A stretch of DNA of 60,123 nt, filler included. It is 4 parts of 4 records of this genome, joined end to end, with 100 filler letters (N's around TTAATTAATTAA, not from the genome) between each part and the next. Parts side by side here need not be neighbours in the genome. Positions count along the whole stretch, not along the records: positions 6,451 to 35,340 come from SRR22947725_2955; 3 more parts are not named here. The stretch is one strand, 5' to 3'. Within the stretch, counting starts at the first letter, position 1. Every line of letters starts with the position of its first letter. This document shows positions 19,907 to 30,067 of this stretch, in pieces. The notes under the pieces are model-generated. The model was given only the letters and a program-made list of their open reading frames with translations. It was not told the origin of the DNA and ran no database searches. The translations under genes and the position numbers were made by a program.

Positions 19907-21456
19907 ACAAACCATTGCTCATTATTATCTGTGATTTCCTCCTGATAAGCCTGCTTTCATTGGCACGATTTGACCAACAAGCTCCAGCCGAACCAGACGA
20001 GTCCGAACTGACCGAAGTTGATGAAGCTCAGGGAGCCCAGGATATGATGGAAGCTCTCAAAATGGCTCTTGAAGAGGAACGCCAATCCAGAGATGTCCTC
20101 ACCAGAGAGTTGCAATCCATGCAGGACAGTCTCCAAAACAAGGAGACCGTTCTTGCTGAAAAGGAAATTAGAATTGAATCGATTGAAAACAACCTTGAAA
20201 ATGTAGAGCGTAAAGCTAGCCAGTTACAGCGCGACCGCACAATGCTCAAGCAGCAATACGACGACACGCAGAAAAACGTCGCTTTTCTTCAGGAGCAATA
20301 CGTCAGCGTGAAGAACGAGGCAAAGCAACTGCAGCAAAATTTGAGCACTTCGACCGTTCAGGCTAACGACTCAAGAGCTCGATTGGAAACCATACAATCC
20401 GAATTGCAAGTACGTCGGCAGGAAGCAAAGCAAATGCAGGGTAAAATGGATGCTTTGGAGAAGGAAAGAAAGGCTGCTGAAGAGCAGAAATTCCAGTTGG
20501 CACTGGAATTAAAACAATCTCAAACGGCTGAGGTGATCATTCGCGAATATTACGATGCAGCCAAAGATGAAATAAGCGTTGCAAGAGCCGATGTCGAATA
20601 TTCAAGAGAACAACTTGCTGGAGCCAAGGAAGAAGTGGCTGTTGTTCGTGAAGAAAAAGAACGGGTTCAAGATCATGCTGATGCGTTGGCAGTTGGAGTA
20701 GGAAATCTGACCGCAAAATCGGAAGAGATCAGGGAAGACATTCGCAGCAATACTCCGCTAGCGGCCAATACGATATTCAATGATTTCGTTGAAAACCGTA
20801 TCACAACTCGATTTTTTGCGGCACGGAGTGGATTGTTTGGTCAGGCGATTAATAAAGAAAGTGAGACCAACAGTGTGCTCGTTAGAGATGGAGACACTAT
20901 TTACGCTCTGTATCATGTCGAAGGCACACCATTCAGAATCTGGCAGGGAGAATCAAATTGGGAACAGTTGACCGGTGTTGTTAATCGCTCTCAAAAAGCC
21001 TATTCCGTGGCACTCATGTCTTGTATTGAGGCCGACCCTCGAATCCTAGTGGTTCCCGTCGGCGCAAAACAAGCCGATGTGCTCGGCGGTAAAATTTATA
21101 ATCTAGCGGAAAACCCCTTCAAATTCCAGGAAGCCGTCCTTGTTGGGGCCCAAAATGGTTACTACGGAGAAGCTGAATTCAAGCTGGATCCTCAGAATCC
21201 CGATTATGTAAAAATGGAGAAGCAAGCCTTTCGTAAACTTGTCGGTAAATTTTCTCCTTCACGCGGCGATTTGGTGTTTAGCAAAACTGGCGAATTACTT
21301 GGTATCATGGTCAATGATACGCATTGTGCTGTTTTGAAATCGATTGAAACCACCACAAGATTCAAGTTCGGCAATAATGTGCTCTCCGAGCAAACGGGCG
21401 GGATCATGGCGAGTCAGAAATTCATCATGAACAGTCTGCCGATCCACTTGCAGTAA
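19903..21456 (+). CDS. Single-pass protein: TM helix with Asp, long coiled coil, trypsin-like C-terminal domain
   Basis: IIICDFLLISLL N-terminal TM, heptad-rich region at about aa 45-280, ALYHV...DPRILVV...PSRGDLVFSKTGELLGIMV. ATGA overlap with the upstream gene. Confidence 0.65.
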   Translation: MNKPLLIIICDFLLISLLSLARFDQQAPAEPDESELTEVDEAQGAQDMMEALKMALEEERQSRDVLTRELQSMQDSLQNKETVLAEKEIRIESIENNLENVERKASQLQRDRTMLKQQYDDTQKNVAFLQEQYVSVKNEAKQLQQNLSTSTVQANDSRARLETIQSELQVRRQEAKQMQGKMDALEKERKAAEEQKFQLALELKQSQTAEVIIREYYDAAKDEISVARADVEYSREQLAGAKEEVAVVREEKERVQDHADALAVGVGNLTAKSEEIREDIRSNTPLAANTIFNDFVENRITTRFFAARSGLFGQAINKESETNSVLVRDGDTIYALYHVEGTPFRIWQGESNWEQLTGVVNRSQKAYSVALMSCIEADPRILVVPVGAKQADVLGGKIYNLAENPFKFQEAVLVGAQNGYYGEAEFKLDPQNPDYVKMEKQAFRKLVGKFSPSRGDLVFSKTGELLGIMVNDTHCAVLKSIETTTRFKFGNNVLSEQTGGIMASQKFIMNSLPIHLQ

Positions 21457-21511
21457 TAGTCAAAGACCACGAATGAACCTGCCTGAATGAGTATTCAGGG
21501 TTGAAATTTGG

Positions 21512-22996
21512 TTGCAACGGATTAATTCAATAAGGGTGGGAGTGCTGGAACCATACATTGTCAGTAAATGGCAGACCATGGGCATTGTCTTTGGTTTGCT
21601 GTTAGCAATATTTTCATCATCGCATGCTGTCATTTATAAACGTGATTCAAGGTCAGCTGTTCTGTGGGTTGCTTTCATCTGGATTTTACCCATCGCAGGT
21701 TCCATTCTCTATGCCTTATTTGGAATCAATCGAGTAAAAAGAAGAGCTCTGTTGTTACGTGGTAACATGGAACACGTGACTTCTGAACCGATGGCTGGGC
21801 AGGGGGATCTTCATCATTCAAGTGCTTGCTTTGGGAGTCCATTTGAACAATGGCATCCGCATTTTCATGCGGTGAGAGATATTACTGACAGGCCTCTACT
21901 CCCGGGGAATGACATGCAGGTGCTGGTAAATGGTGAACAGGCTTACCCTGCCATGATTCAGGCCATTGATTCAGCTACTGAAACTATTGGCTTTGCCAGT
22001 TACATTTTTGATCATTGTCCAGTCGGGTTGGAATTTGTGGACGCATTCAAAAGAGCCATTAACCGTGGAGTAGAAGTACGGGTGCTGGTTGATTCCACGG
22101 GTTCACGCTACTCGTGGCCCTCCATTTTCAAAGCGCTCAAAGCATCACAGATTCCCTGCGCTCGCTTTCTTCCATTCAGTGCGATCAAAAGACCTCTCAC
22201 GCTCAATTTGCACAACCACAGGAAATTATTGATTGTGGACGGTCGCGTTGGGTTTACGGGCGGGATGAACATACGTCAGGGGCATTTTATCAATGGTAAA
22301 TCAAAGCATCGTGTTCAGGACTTTCATTTCTCCTTTGAAGGCCCGGTCGTAGCTCATTTTCAGGAAGTATTCAACGATGACTGGTTTTTCAGTCATGGTG
22401 AGAAACTTTGCCGGAAAAAATGGTTTCCTTCCATTGAGCATCAAGGAGAGGCTTTTGCTCGCGGCATTTCAGACGGTCCCGATGAGGATTTGAATAAACT
22501 GCTTTGGGTAATACTCAGTGCTTGTCATGTCGCCAGAAAATCACTCACCATCATGAGTCCCTATTTTCTTCCGGATGCAACTTTGATATCAGCGCTTTGC
22601 TTGGCATCCATGCGGGGAGTAAAAGTAGATATCTTGCTGCCAGAAAAAAATAACCTTCCATTCGTTCAATGGGCGACTCAAGCCATGCTTTGGCAGGTAT
22701 TGATCAAAGGGTGCCGAGTTTGGACAACTCCAGCACCCTTTGATCACGGCAAGCTTATGCTGGTGGATGGTCATTGGGCATTGGTGGGATCTGCCAATTG
22801 GGATCCACGCAGTCTACGTTTGAATTTCGAGTTCAATGTGGAATGCTACCATCCAGAGACAGTTGAAAAACTGGAAAAAATTCTGCATGAAAAAATGGAG
22901 CGCTCCAGAGAGGTGACCTTGGAGTCTTTGAATCGCCGATCCATACCGATAAAACTGCGAGACGGATGCATGCGCCTTGCGACTCCTTATCTTTGA
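21512..22996 (+). CDS. cls: Cardiolipin synthase
   Basis: N-terminal TM hairpin and two HKD motifs (HRKLLIVD...GGMN; HGKLMLVD...GSAN). Start uncertain. Confidence 0.92.
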   Translation: MQRINSIRVGVLEPYIVSKWQTMGIVFGLLLAIFSSSHAVIYKRDSRSAVLWVAFIWILPIAGSILYALFGINRVKRRALLLRGNMEHVTSEPMAGQGDLHHSSACFGSPFEQWHPHFHAVRDITDRPLLPGNDMQVLVNGEQAYPAMIQAIDSATETIGFASYIFDHCPVGLEFVDAFKRAINRGVEVRVLVDSTGSRYSWPSIFKALKASQIPCARFLPFSAIKRPLTLNLHNHRKLLIVDGRVGFTGGMNIRQGHFINGKSKHRVQDFHFSFEGPVVAHFQEVFNDDWFFSHGEKLCRKKWFPSIEHQGEAFARGISDGPDEDLNKLLWVILSACHVARKSLTIMSPYFLPDATLISALCLASMRGVKVDILLPEKNNLPFVQWATQAMLWQVLIKGCRVWTTPAPFDHGKLMLVDGHWALVGSANWDPRSLRLNFEFNVECYHPETVEKLEKILHEKMERSREVTLESLNRRSIPIKLRDGCMRLATPYL

Positions 22997-23016
22997 AAAA
23001 CGAAACTCCCGGAAAC

Positions 23017-23874
23017 CTATTCCTCAGCTACATTGAGAGACCAATCGTAGCGGGTGTAATGGATCTTATACCTGCTCAGATTTGTTTGGAAAATATGGGT
23101 AGCATACTTTGTGAGATAGTTTTTCACTGATCCTGAAACACGTTCAAAGTCTTCTGCATACCACTCAAATATTGGAGACAGATACAATATTTGCTCTGGC
23201 TTTGAAAGACGATTCTTTGACGTGTTCCCCAGGAACACCTGCCCTTGATCTTCAAGTTGCGTCTTTAGCAATGAACCAGTGTAGGCTTCAGATCGAAGTT
23301 GAGGGCATCCTTTGGCTGCGCATACGAGCGCAAAATGTACCGCTGGAAGATGCCTGGCTCTGGGAAGGATAATGTCATGTTCTAAATGATTGAGTGAAAT
23401 TTTTTCTTCCCATAAATGAATCCTTTTTTGCCTCCATGCAGCATGTGGTAAAAAGCCAATATCCTTGATGCTCTTCACGGGATATGCATCCACAATTAAC
23501 TGAATCGTAGCTGCGTTGTATAGATTGATTAGAAAGGCCAATTGCTGATCGCTGCTCCAAAGATCAAATTCCGAACGAGGGGATTGGAAAATAGATTTCA
23601 GGTAAATCTCTAAATCGATACTGTTTCGCTTGAGTCCCTTGTAATCTACCAACCCATCTTTGACATGTCGTTTTAATGTTTTATTCCACAATGCGTGAGA
23701 AGAGTCGAAAGCCCAGATTTGAGTCACAGCCAATGCCAGCATGACAAGGACCCACCTCACAATAATGGAGGTTAACCGGTAATGAATCAGAGGATCTTTA
23801 ATTGGACTCTGAGCTTTCAACGGTATCCAATGAAGGTAAACCCTGTCCTTATTTTTTTCAGTTTTAAGCTGCAT
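23017..23874 (-). CDS. DUF547 domain protein
   Basis: GLVDY, QLAFLINLYNA, SLNHLEH, HFALVCAAKGCP, YDWSLN. True start is probably downstream of the ORF start. Confidence 0.85.
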   Translation of the reverse strand: MQLKTEKNKDRVYLHWIPLKAQSPIKDPLIHYRLTSIIVRWVLVMLALAVTQIWAFDSSHALWNKTLKRHVKDGLVDYKGLKRNSIDLEIYLKSIFQSPRSEFDLWSSDQQLAFLINLYNAATIQLIVDAYPVKSIKDIGFLPHAAWRQKRIHLWEEKISLNHLEHDIILPRARHLPAVHFALVCAAKGCPQLRSEAYTGSLLKTQLEDQGQVFLGNTSKNRLSKPEQILYLSPIFEWYAEDFERVSGSVKNYLTKYATHIFQTNLSRYKIHYTRYDWSLNVAEE

Positions 23875-23971
23875 GCCCGTGATGAGGTTTTTACAAGATA
23901 ATTAATTTCTGCTAATCTTCGAGTATTTCTTTTCCTTGCAGCCGGTATTGTTGTGACGGCATGATTTCACC

Positions 23972-25366
23972 ATGCACGTTCAATTTATTGGGGCTACTCG
24001 CACTACCACAGGTTCAATGTACCTGTTTCAAGTCAATGGTGAGAAAATCCTCATGGAATGCGGCCTTTATCAGGGAAGGCGCGACGAGACTCTGGAACGC
24101 AACCGGCATTTCCCCTTTGATCCATCCGAAATTGGTGCTGTCGTGCTAAGCCATGCTCACATTGATCATTGCGGAAATCTTCCTAATCTTTGCAGGCAAG
24201 GTTTTCAGGGGAATATCTACTGTACTTTTGCAACGCGTGATCTGGCAGCAATCATGTTGGCCGACTCAGCCCATATTCAACGATATGATGCAGAGTATGT
24301 ATCTAGAAAACGCGCCAAAAAAGGACTTGATGCCGTCCAGCCACTTTATGGGACCAAGGATGCAGAGCAAGCGGTCTCTCAATTTGTGGCTGTCAATTAT
24401 GATCGACCGATCGTCATATCCAAAGGGGTAAAAGCCACTTTTGTCGATGCTGGACACATCCTGGGGTCGGCTCAAATAGTGTTCGATGTGGAGGAAAACG
24501 GAAAGCAATTCCGTTACCTGTTCAGCGGTGATATAGGTCGAGGCGGACATGAAATCCTTCGTGACCCGCAACCCGTTGAGAATGTGGATTTCCTCCAGAT
24601 CGAAAGTACCTACGGCGGTCGGGATCATACAGATAAAATGCTTGCGAAGGAGGAAGTGGGGAATTTAGTCAATGAAACGCTCAAAAAAAACGGTAAAGTG
24701 ATCATACCTGCTTTTTCAGTGGGAAGAACCCAGTTGATCGTATACACCCTCCACCAATTGACTGATGAGGGCGTTATCCCTAAAGTGCCCATTTATGTAG
24801 ATAGCCCTTTGAGTGTGAATGCCACTGAAGTTTTCCGGCTCCACCCTGAGTGTTTCAATGAAGGCATCTATCAATTTCTACATGAAAAAGCCAACCCCTT
24901 CGGGATGGAAAACCTTACCTACATCCGCATGGCGGAACATTCGAGAAAGCTCAATGACCTCACGACGCCCGCCATTATCATCAGTTCATCCGGTATGTGT
25001 GAGGCAGGGCGAATCAGGCACCATCTGAAAAACAACATCGGTAATCCGCGTAACACAGTGCTATTCGTGGGGTATTGCGCCCAAAATACATTGGGATCGA
25101 AAATCATGAATAACGATAGTCCTGTGAATATCTTCGGTGAACCGATTGAAGTAAGGGCCAGAATAGCTAGAGTGGACGCATTCTCAGGTCATGCAGACCG
25201 GGCTGAATTGTCACAGTATGTTCGGAATCTAACCGGACGCCTCGCCCGAGTCACCGTGGTTCATGGTGAGGAAAAGCAGTCGCTTGCCTTTTCCAAAACC
25301 TTGAGGGAACTATTGCCAGGAGCTCAGGTGAGTGTACCCGAACGGCTTGAGACATTGGAATTTTGA
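23972..25366 (+). CDS. MBL-fold beta-CASP ribonuclease
   Basis: SHAHIDHCG, DAGHILGSA, FSGDIG, ESTYG, PAFSVGRTQ, FSGHAD, VHGE. Confidence 0.92.
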   Translation: MHVQFIGATRTTTGSMYLFQVNGEKILMECGLYQGRRDETLERNRHFPFDPSEIGAVVLSHAHIDHCGNLPNLCRQGFQGNIYCTFATRDLAAIMLADSAHIQRYDAEYVSRKRAKKGLDAVQPLYGTKDAEQAVSQFVAVNYDRPIVISKGVKATFVDAGHILGSAQIVFDVEENGKQFRYLFSGDIGRGGHEILRDPQPVENVDFLQIESTYGGRDHTDKMLAKEEVGNLVNETLKKNGKVIIPAFSVGRTQLIVYTLHQLTDEGVIPKVPIYVDSPLSVNATEVFRLHPECFNEGIYQFLHEKANPFGMENLTYIRMAEHSRKLNDLTTPAIIISSSGMCEAGRIRHHLKNNIGNPRNTVLFVGYCAQNTLGSKIMNNDSPVNIFGEPIEVRARIARVDAFSGHADRAELSQYVRNLTGRLARVTVVHGEEKQSLAFSKTLRELLPGAQVSVPERLETLEF

Positions 25367-25722
25367 GGGGGAGTGTGTCAATACACTGCTTTTTTGCAAG
25401 TATCTGGCGAGAGACGAGATTTGGCGGAACGTAATGAACCATTTGTGATTCCTTGAAACAACATGGAGGGTGAATTCCGCACTGATTTGACGCTATCGTT
25501 TGTCACTTCGTCACTTACTTGCGTCCAGCGAATGATTTGAAGAGTAGGTGGTTTCCAAGTATTTTCCACTTCAATGAGACATGATCAGACTTAAAAGTAA
25601 GCTCTTTAGGCGCTTGATTGAAACTCTTTTGAAAAAAGGTTCAGATTTTTGAAACTTCTTCCTTGGATCAATGGTTATGATTATATGGTCACCCTTTTTG
25701 TGAAAAAGGGGCGGTTAAAAGT

Positions 25723-26352
25723 ATGGAACAAACAGATCAAAGATTTGAATCTTTCGTCATCGAGCATCAGGACATGGTGTTCAATTGCGCTGTTCGAATA
25801 CTGGCTAATCGCACGGAAGCACAGGATATCGCGCAGGAAACCTTTCTGAGAGCTTACAAGCACTTCGAATCTCTACGTGATGAACCAGCCGTTCGAGGAT
25901 GGCTGAAAACAGTTACGAGGAATTTGTGTTTAAATCATATCACCCGCTACCGCTCAAAGTGGCGTTTTTTCTCGGATTGGCGCAAATCGGAGACTGAGAA
26001 TACAGGATGGGATCCGGTAGACTCCATTCCAAGTCCTTCGCCAGATAAAACCGAAGCAGAAAGATCCGATGAACGATCTTTGCTTGAAGAGCTTCTCAAT
26101 GCTTTACCAGATCATCAAAGGATCCCATTGGTGTTATTTCATTTCGATGAATTAAGTTATGAAGAAATTGCAGAATCCCTGAAGATTTCAATCGGTAAGG
26201 TCAAGACTGATATTCATCGCGCAAGACATGCACTGAAGAAGAAGATATCGTTGCATCAAGCTGCTAAACAAGAATGGTCTAGGCAAAGACAATCTCAAGA
26301 GACGAACTATTTCCCCCGGCGATTGTACCCACAACAAGGAGTTGCTTCATGA
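25723..26352 (+). CDS. ECF RNA polymerase sigma factor
   Basis: Region 2 AQDIAQETFLRAY...WL...RNLC; region 4 LSYEEIAE...GKVKTDIHRAR. Confidence 0.93.
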   Translation: MEQTDQRFESFVIEHQDMVFNCAVRILANRTEAQDIAQETFLRAYKHFESLRDEPAVRGWLKTVTRNLCLNHITRYRSKWRFFSDWRKSETENTGWDPVDSIPSPSPDKTEAERSDERSLLEELLNALPDHQRIPLVLFHFDELSYEEIAESLKISIGKVKTDIHRARHALKKKISLHQAAKQEWSRQRQSQETNYFPRRLYPQQGVAS

Positions 26353-26813
26353 GAAATAAAAAGGATTTTGGCTTGCTGGAAAATTGGGCAGACATCAACT
26401 TGAAAAAAATCTCATCAACAAAGATTTCAGAGGGGTTTTTGGATCGAGTAATGGATAGAGTAAACGGTCCTGAATTCACTGATATTACCCCAGAAAATCC
26501 CTCTGCACTCATAAGCTGGGTGCGGTTTTTAGTTGTGCTCAGTTCCTTGCTGTTAATAGCGAGCGGATTTTTCTGGAACACAGAGGCGGCGCAAATTTGG
26601 TGGTCAAGCACGCGCCCTGGAATGACGTTTGATTTGATCCACCAACTCCTCATAAGCCTCAAGCAGGTCAGCGCAACGTTACTACAACTTGTTCCAAGTG
26701 TGATCTGGTCTGCACTAAGTTTATCTCTGGGAATTGCCTATCTGGTCACAGCTGTCATTGGTTCGACATTATTTCATTTCACAGTCCGAAGATTCCGGCT
26801 GCCAGCAATATGA
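26349..26813 (+). CDS. Putative membrane anti-sigma factor
   Basis: ATGA-coupled to the ECF gene; GFLDRVM segment and two TM helices. Confidence 0.65.
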   Translation: MRNKKDFGLLENWADINLKKISSTKISEGFLDRVMDRVNGPEFTDITPENPSALISWVRFLVVLSSLLLIASGFFWNTEAAQIWWSSTRPGMTFDLIHQLLISLKQVSATLLQLVPSVIWSALSLSLGIAYLVTAVIGSTLFHFTVRRFRLPAI

Positions 26814-28393
26814 AAAATTTTCTTAGTCAAAAGCTGATTGCATTTAATATGCTTTTTCTGATGGCGGGTATATGGTGTATGCCCAACGAATTACAAGCTC
26901 AAGAGAGTGGTAACTCAACTTTAAGGCGCTCAAATGATGAATTGATAGTTTTCAATCGGTCTGAAGTGGTTTCAAGCGATGAAGTAATTAGAAATGCGGT
27001 TGTCATTGGTGGAGATATACAGGTTGATGGAAGGATTGAACGTGATCTTATTGTTGTCGGTGGAAGCGTTACATTAAACGGTGAAATAGGTGGTGACCTG
27101 ACTCTGGTTGGTGGCAAACTTATCGCCGGCGCGGATGCCTTGGTCGAGCATAAGGGGATTCTTATTGGAGGACCTTTCGTAATCGATTCACGTGGTGCTT
27201 TTAATGAAGATCTATTTCAGTTCCCTCTTCCTGGTTTGTTCTCCTTTCTGTCAGGTTTCAAGCTTTGGATGACGCACTGCTTCATCTTGGTGAGACCCTT
27301 TGCTATCGCAGTTACGTGGACTATGGTACTGGCTGGTCTACTGTTGTTTGTTAACTTCTTGACGTTGATTCTCCTTGGTAATGCCGTAGATCAATCGGTC
27401 AAAGTCCTTGAACCGAAACCAATCACCACATTTTTCGTAGGGTTGCTCGGCTTGATCTTGTTAGGCCCATTACTGATATTGGTTACGGCAACGGGCGTGG
27501 GTATTTTATTAGTGCCTTTCTTCATATGCGCCATTTCAGCCGCTACCATTGTCGGTAAAGTTGCTGTGTATACATCCCTTGGTAAACGAATCGGACACAG
27601 AGCAGGTGCGAACTGGGGTAACACTTCAATCGCAGCTTTCCTGATCGGCAGTTTGATCATGTTCTTGTTTTATCTTATACCATTTCTTGGAGGACTGGCT
27701 CTTGGGGTTGTCATCCCTCTGGCATTTGGCGCTATTCTTTTGGCAGGTATCCAGATGTTACGGGCTGAAGTTGATTTTCCTGCTCCCATCTCAGGCAAGC
27801 CTCTGGTGGTGCAGCCATCTGATGCTGAAGCGGCTATTTCCCATTCTGAAGTTGCATCGAAAGCCCAGGACGAGCCCCAAGACGATGAAGCAGATGACGG
27901 TAATGGAACTTCACCCAAGGAGACTTCACATAGAGAAAAAAAAGGATCCACCGGAACTAACCCACCTTCTTACAACTCAGAACAGGCACATGCAGGCCAT
28001 TATGAAAGAGCAGGGTTCTGGTCGCGCATTGCAGCCACAACTTTAGATTTCGTGCTGGTATTTTTCGGTTTGCAGATCCTCGGCCTCATTGATGGACAGG
28101 GAGGTTTTCGATATTTTATTTTGATGTGGATGGTCTATCACATCGTTCTCTGGGGGTGGAAAGGGACCACTGTTGGTGGAACCATCATGAAACTCAGATT
28201 GGTAACATTGAGGGGAGAAGCTCCTTCATGGGGGACGGCGGTGATTCGCTCTTTGTCCAGTTTGTTTTCAGGTATTCCGCTGGGATTGGGGTTTCTTTGG
28301 GTGGGATGGAATGCTGAACGCCAATCATGGCATGATTTGGTGGCAGGAACCGTCATTATCAGAACACAAGAAACGAAAGCTGTATTCGCATAA
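26810..28393 (+). CDS. Bactofilin-like beta-helix + multi-TM + RDD domain membrane protein
   Basis: Signal peptide, GGDIQVDGRIERDLIVVGGSVTLNGEIGGD repeats, several TM helices, acidic linker, RDD motifs AGFWSRIAA...LD and SWHDLVAGT. Confidence 0.8.
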   Translation: MKNFLSQKLIAFNMLFLMAGIWCMPNELQAQESGNSTLRRSNDELIVFNRSEVVSSDEVIRNAVVIGGDIQVDGRIERDLIVVGGSVTLNGEIGGDLTLVGGKLIAGADALVEHKGILIGGPFVIDSRGAFNEDLFQFPLPGLFSFLSGFKLWMTHCFILVRPFAIAVTWTMVLAGLLLFVNFLTLILLGNAVDQSVKVLEPKPITTFFVGLLGLILLGPLLILVTATGVGILLVPFFICAISAATIVGKVAVYTSLGKRIGHRAGANWGNTSIAAFLIGSLIMFLFYLIPFLGGLALGVVIPLAFGAILLAGIQMLRAEVDFPAPISGKPLVVQPSDAEAAISHSEVASKAQDEPQDDEADDGNGTSPKETSHREKKGSTGTNPPSYNSEQAHAGHYERAGFWSRIAATTLDFVLVFFGLQILGLIDGQGGFRYFILMWMVYHIVLWGWKGTTVGGTIMKLRLVTLRGEAPSWGTAVIRSLSSLFSGIPLGLGFLWVGWNAERQSWHDLVAGTVIIRTQETKAVFA

Positions 28394-28422
28394 ATAGAGT
28401 GATCGGGAAGCAATAGACTGGG

Positions 28423-30063
28423 TCACTCTTCAGGAATCATAAGTGTATCTTTCTGCTGCCAACGAGGGTCTGGCGCAGGGTAATCCAGATTATAATGCAG
28501 CCCTCGACTTTCATGACGTTTCAGCGCCGACTCGATAATAAGCGAGGCAACCAACGCAAGATTTCTTAGCTCCAGAAGATCTGGGGTCAGTTTGAAATTC
28601 CAATAAAATTCGTGAATTTCCTCCCTCAGGTTGGCAATCCGCTTCCTGGCTCTTAACAATCGTTTATTGGTGCGCACAATGCCGACGTAATCCCACATCA
28701 TACGCCTTATTTCATCCCAGTTATGAGCAATCACCACCCGTTCATCTGGGTCCTGTGCGTCTCCGCTTTTCCACTTGGGAAGCTCATGTTTGCTGTGAGT
28801 TAACTTGCCTTCTCGTTTCAAGATCTGGATGCGATTGATAGCTCGATGCGAGATGACTAATGCTTCCAGCAGGGAATTACTGGCGAGTCTATTAGCACCA
28901 TGGAGCCCCGTGCAGGCAACCTCACCTGCAGCGAACAGCCCCGTAATGTTCGTTTCTCCATTCAAATTAGTCACCACGCCGCCGCATTGGTAATGAGCTG
29001 CCGGCACTACAGGGATCGGTTCCTTGGTGATATCTATCCCATATTTCATGCATGTGGAATAAATGTTTGGAAATCGATTCATGATAAAGGGTGCGGATTT
29101 ATGGGTGATATCGAGAAAGACATTATCTGCTCCGCTGCGCTTCATATTGGAATCAATGGCTCTGGCCACAATATCTCTTGGAGCAAGGGATGCCATTTCG
29201 TGTTGCTTTTCCATGAATGCCTCTCCCTCGATGCTTTTGAGAATTCCTCCCTCACCTCGAAGTGCCTCACTGATGAGAAACGTTTTGGCTTTCGAGTGAT
29301 AAAGGCATGTTGGGTGAAATTGAACGAATTCCATGTTTGCCGTAGGCACTCCGGCTCGATATGCCATCGCTACCCCATCTCCTGTGGCAATGTCTGGATT
29401 TGTCGTGTAAAGGTAAACTTTGCCGCATCCCCCAGTCGCGAGCAGGACTACCGGTGCGCTGTACGTTTCTATTGCATGCGACTCACAGTTCAGGACAAAT
29501 GCTCCCAAGCATCGATTGGCTCCACTGACCCTCAGTTTTTTTGAAGTAATGAGATCAATGGCAAAGTGGTTTTCAAAAACTGTGATTTGATCATTGGAGG
29601 CAATGGCATTCAACAAAGCGTGCTCGATTGCCCGTCCAGTGATATCCTTGCAATGAAGAATCCGACGCTTGGAGTGTCCGCCCTCTTTCCCCAGATCCAA
29701 TTCTTTTACTCCACCTGAATCAGGTATCTCGCGCTCACTGAATCGCATGCCCAGTTGAATGAGTTCGTCAATCCGATCTGGACCCTCTGAGACAATGGTT
29801 CGTACCACTTCATCTTTGCAAAGACCTGCGCCTGCTTCACGGGTGTCGTTGTTGTGTGTTTCAAAACTATCTTCCTGGCTTGTGACAGCTGCTATACCGC
29901 CTTGAGCATAATTTGTATTGGATTCAGCCTTGTGTTTCTTAGTGATGATGGCGACGCTGCCGTGCTCAGCTGCTTTGAGGGCAAATGTCAAGCCAGCGAT
30001 ACCGCTCCCAAGAACGATAAAATCAAAAGAACGAATGGGTGTTTTGTTGTCCATATCTGGCAT
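28423..30063 (-). CDS. nadB: L-aspartate oxidase
   Basis: [50 protein letters not shown]. Confidence 0.97.
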   Translation of the reverse strand: MPDMDNKTPIRSFDFIVLGSGIAGLTFALKAAEHGSVAIITKKHKAESNTNYAQGGIAAVTSQEDSFETHNNDTREAGAGLCKDEVVRTIVSEGPDRIDELIQLGMRFSEREIPDSGGVKELDLGKEGGHSKRRILHCKDITGRAIEHALLNAIASNDQITVFENHFAIDLITSKKLRVSGANRCLGAFVLNCESHAIETYSAPVVLLATGGCGKVYLYTTNPDIATGDGVAMAYRAGVPTANMEFVQFHPTCLYHSKAKTFLISEALRGEGGILKSIEGEAFMEKQHEMASLAPRDIVARAIDSNMKRSGADNVFLDITHKSAPFIMNRFPNIYSTCMKYGIDITKEPIPVVPAAHYQCGGVVTNLNGETNITGLFAAGEVACTGLHGANRLASNSLLEALVISHRAINRIQILKREGKLTHSKHELPKWKSGDAQDPDERVVIAHNWDEIRRMMWDYVGIVRTNKRLLRARKRIANLREEIHEFYWNFKLTPDLLELRNLALVASLIIESALKRHESRGLHYNLDYPAPDPRWQQKDTLMIPEE

Positions 30064-30067
30064 TTCT

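Noticed and set aside
18257-21456. Zorya anti-phage system
   Set aside because: No OmpA-like domain on the B protein, no long C-terminal tail on the A protein, no zorC/D/E nearby, and the context is housekeeping; kept only as a motor-like pair.
25367-25618. Short ORFs between the beta-CASP gene and the ECF sigma gene
   Set aside because: No motif, RBS or structure I can support.
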